From Felis catus (taxonomy: Eukaryota): 64,000 nucleotides of DNA. A program made the position numbers and the translations under genes. The DNA lies in contig NC_058369.1 of assembly GCF_018350175.1 (NCBI RefSeq), positions 17,858,001 to 17,922,000 of the forward strand. The letters are read 5' to 3'. Below, piece after piece: positions 61,801 to 64,000 of the stretch. Numbering within the stretch: the stretch's first letter is position 1; each line of letters opens with the position of its first letter. A model generated the notes under the pieces. That model saw only the letters and a program-made list of their open reading frames with translations, did not search any database and was not told where the DNA came from.

Positions 61801-63231
61801 AGCTGGCGGCCCCACGAAGCGGTAACGCAAGTTGGCGTTGGGGGGCGCGTCGCCGTCTGTGGCACGCAACTGAAGAATGGGGTAGCCCTCCTCCACGTTC
61901 TCGCGAAGTGTCTCCCGGTATTGCGCCTGCTCAAACACTGGCGCGTGGTCGTTGCGATCGGTCACTGTAACGGCCACCATGGTAGTGGCCGAGAGGCGTG
62001 GCGAGCCGTGGTCCTGCGCCGTCACGCGCAGGTAGTGCCGCTCCATGCTCTCGCGGTCCAGGGCAGCCTCTGTGCGAATGAGGCCGCTTAGTGGGTCAAT
62101 GCTGAACAGCTCCAGAGAGCGGCTGTTCATAAGCGCAGCCAGCGAGTAAACTAGGCGCCCGGCCTCGCCTGCGTCCGGGTCCTGCGCCACTACGCGTAGC
62201 ACCGCGGTGCCAGCCGCCTCGTTCTCGGGCACTAGCGCCTGATAGTTGTACTGCGGGAACTGCGGGTGGCGGTTCGCGGCGCGACGGGGGCGGATCCTGC
62301 TCGCTGTGGGTATTCTCCAGATTCCCGACTGAGCCCGGATCCCCGGGGGGCGCGGCCCGGGGTGCTGCGGGAGGAAGCGGCGGCGGAAGAGACCACGCGA
62401 GCGCATGCGCTCGGGCGTCGGCTCGGGAGCTGTCCGAGACTCGCGCAGTGCTGAAACAGACTCGGGAGCTGTCCTCTCTATGAGCGGTGCTGAATCCAGC
62501 CCAGGGCCACATCCTATAGCCCTGGGGGGACAGTCCGGCTGGGGGGCTGTCCTCGCCGCTCGAGATGTCGCAGTTCTCTCGCTCTGACCCCTACGCCTCG
62601 GTGCCCACAATTCCCCGCAGCAGCGCGTGGATCCCACTTTTTTGGGGGTGCCTCTTCCAGGATTCCTCTGGGAGAACACTGGCTTGTAACCACGGGGCCG
62701 AACCAGAAGGTCCAAAGGGAAGGGAGAGCTGTTCCTCAGGCTCGGGACCCCTGGGGGCAGAGCCTCTGGAGACTGACTATCTTTTCGCAAGGGTCCTGTC
62801 CGCCCGCAAGAGGAGATCTCTGGGCGCCAGCATAATAGAGCCCCTGGTCCCTGTCCTGTTCCTTGCCCGCGTCTGTCTAAAGCCTGGACCCCATATTTCG
62901 CTCCCAACCCCGCGTCCGGCTGTTCAGGGAGCCCTCTACCACTCTGAGCGCTTTGCCTTCCCCCTCGGAGCCCCAAGAAGACAGGCTCCCTGACTCCCAG
63001 GCCAGGCTCTTCATCCTCTTGGACCCCGGGCGTCTCGGGACAAAGAGCTAAGGCTCCGCCGCCGGTCCGCGCCCCTGGCCCCGTAGCGGCAGCTACCCCT
63101 GGGTCCCAGCCTTGGCCCCCGTCGACCCCCAGCTCCTCTCGGCTGAGAGGGAACAAAGAGAGGAGGAGAAGGAGCAGGAGTAGTGGGGTCGTCGGCCCCC
63201 TGAGACCCCACCAAGGCGGCCGCCTCGCCAT
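39203..63231 (-). CDS. CELSR3: Cadherin EGF LAG seven-pass G-type receptor 3 (adhesion GPCR ADGRC3), 35 exons, ~3319 aa
   Basis: ATG 63231 (MARRPPW...LLLLLLSLFPLS). Exons: 63231-59484 (prodomain, RPRR furin site, cadherin repeats), 57972-57322, 56961-56736, 56407-56292, 55922-55834, 55725-55568, 55034-54871, 54609-54484, 54393-54224, 53808-53623, 53072-52956, 52586-52415, 52273-52132, 52023-51903, 51584-51401, 51085-50984, 49575-49481, 49256-49047, 48821-48626, 48354-48199, 47800-47626, 46983-46816, 46592-46466, 46377-46171, 45964-45790, 45560-45448, 45002-44923, 44460-44334, 43896-43780, 43672-43524, 43248-43133, 42820-42662, 42091-41891, 41509-40621, 39230-39203. Sum 9960 nt, in frame; ends EVPRSEGHS*. 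Confidence 0.97.
39460..39625. mobile_element. MIR fragment in the last CELSR3 intron
   Basis: gagcacctactatgtac...cattttacagatatggaaacagagactcggagaagtcaagt matches the MIR core. Confidence 0.7.
45130..45175. repeat. (CA)n microsatellite, about 22 units
   Basis: Read directly. Confidence 0.97.
49810..49878. repeat. Compound (CT)n-(CA)n microsatellite
   Basis: Read directly. Confidence 0.97.
50310..50710. repeat. Diverged 30-bp minisatellite, about 13 copies (approximate unit AGGGGTCTGCAGGGACCTCAGGCAGTGGGG)
   Basis: Clear 30-nt periodicity at 50501-50680, with shorter or degenerate units on the left. Confidence 0.85.
50751..50765 (-). CDS. CELSR3: CELSR3 15-nt cassette microexon (adds LRGAG)
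   Basis: Minus strand TTTCTCTTGGCTTCTGGGCAG|GATTGCGGGGTGCAG|GTAAGG; phase 1-1 symmetric. A G->GLRGAG isoform is recalled for human CELSR3. Confidence 0.85.
56531..56590. repeat. Three 20-bp tandem units containing CRE palindromes TGACGTCA
   Basis: gcggtgacgtcagggacaat / gcagtgacgtcagggacaat / gcagtgatgtcagggacagt. Confidence 0.9.
56680..57980. promoter_or_regulatory. Intragenic CpG island over CELSR3 exons 2-3 with GC/KLF boxes in intron 2
   Basis: High CpG density including intronic DNA; ccccgcccc and three cacgccc(c) at ~57085-57145. Confidence 0.6.
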
Positions 63232-63618
63232 CACCCCCCGCCTCCCCACACGGCCTCCACCGCCCCTCGCCCCGGTCCGGGCCTTGGGCCCGCCCCGCCG
63301 CTCGGGCCCCCTCCCGGGCCCCTGCCGCCGCCCCGGTCCCCCGCCTCTCGGCCTGTCGCTCCGCACCGCCTTCGCCCTCTGGGCACCATCTACTCCGCAG
63401 CCAGAGCCCCTTTGGCGTGCGGCCCCGGCTTTTGCCGCCCCCACCACAGCATCCCCGACGCGGCTGCCGCCTCCCGCCGCTCCAACATGGCTCCCGGCTT
63501 CAGCGATGGTTCGTTCCACCTCAGCCCCGAAGCCCCAAATCCTGTGGTACAGCCCGTTGCGCATGGCAAATCTGGCTGCTGAAGCCGTTGTCGCCATCTT
63601 TACTAAGGGCAAAGCATA

Positions 63619-63639
63619 ACTGCTGCCCGCGGTGCTGAA
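63619..63639 (-). promoter_or_regulatory. RE1/NRSE (REST-binding site) in the CELSR3 promoter
   Basis: Minus strand TTCAGCACCGCGGGCAGCAGT versus consensus TTCAGCACCnnGGACAGCnCC: canonical spacing, one core mismatch. CELSR3 is a neuronal gene. Confidence 0.8.
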
Positions 63640-64000
63640 TAAGGGTTGGAAGGTTCGCCGCCCCTGGATCCACCCTCCTTGCTTTGGGACACCCCCCTCA
63701 CCCGCCTTCCTTCTTCTAGGCGCGGTCTCAGCTCCATCTCTTACTCTTTCTTCTGTTTGCAGGTCTTTTGTTCCCCTTCCTGAGCACTAGTTCCGGACCC
63801 TGTCCTGGAGTTTAGTATGAAAATTGGTGCCAATGTTGCGGAGAGAGCGTTCCCATGACTCTTGGCAGGGGTACCATGTGGAATCCCGGGGACGCAGGGG
63901 AGGTTGACTGGATGGAGACCTGGGACACCAGACCTAAAGTTGATAGCTTGAACTGTTCGACCACTGAGTTTTAACTCGTGAAACATGTCGCGACCATCTG

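Noticed and set aside
56574..62993. Plus-strand ORFs antisense to CELSR3 exons 1-3
   Set aside because: Shadow ORFs from GC3-biased coding sequence; no independent support.
26926..64000. Orthologues of human intronic miRNAs or a divergent lncRNA annotated near SLC26A6 and CELSR3
   Set aside because: No hairpin or exon could be recognised from sequence alone; such annotations are often primate-specific.
1..64000. CRISPR arrays, true tRNA or rRNA genes, or a novel multi-gene system
   Set aside because: None seen. tRNA-like A/B boxes all belong to Can-SINE heads, and all convincing coding signal is explained by five known genes.

Overview
Mammalian, GC-rich, gene-dense genomic DNA. The Can-SINE/SINEC_Fc-type repeats point to a felid, and gene order matches human 3p21.31. 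Five protein-coding genes lie on the minus strand: the 5' end of COL7A1 (exons 1-5), complete UQCRC1 (13 exons, 480 aa), complete TMEM89 (2 exons, 159 aa), complete SLC26A6 (21 exons, ~759 aa) and complete CELSR3 (35 exons, ~3319 aa, plus a 15-nt optional microexon). A repeat-rich interval (SINE, L1, L2, MaLR) separates UQCRC1 from TMEM89. I found no evidence of a wholly new gene or system. The best leads are regulatory and splicing oddities: (1) the SLC26A6 exon-17 donor has no GT at the position homologous to human, and the preceding intron uses a GC donor; (2) a degenerate palindromic array in SLC26A6 intron 1 whose units read as YAG|GTRAG splice sites; (3) tandem CELSR3 uORFs ending in a TGATG stop-start overlap; (4) RE1-like half-site pairs inside CELSR3 coding sequence; (5) six miR-30/forkhead 8-mers in the CELSR3 3'UTR; (6) a poly(A) hexamer inside the TMEM89 CDS. 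Exon boundaries were read by hand. Comparisons to human proteins are from memory and need checking by alignment.
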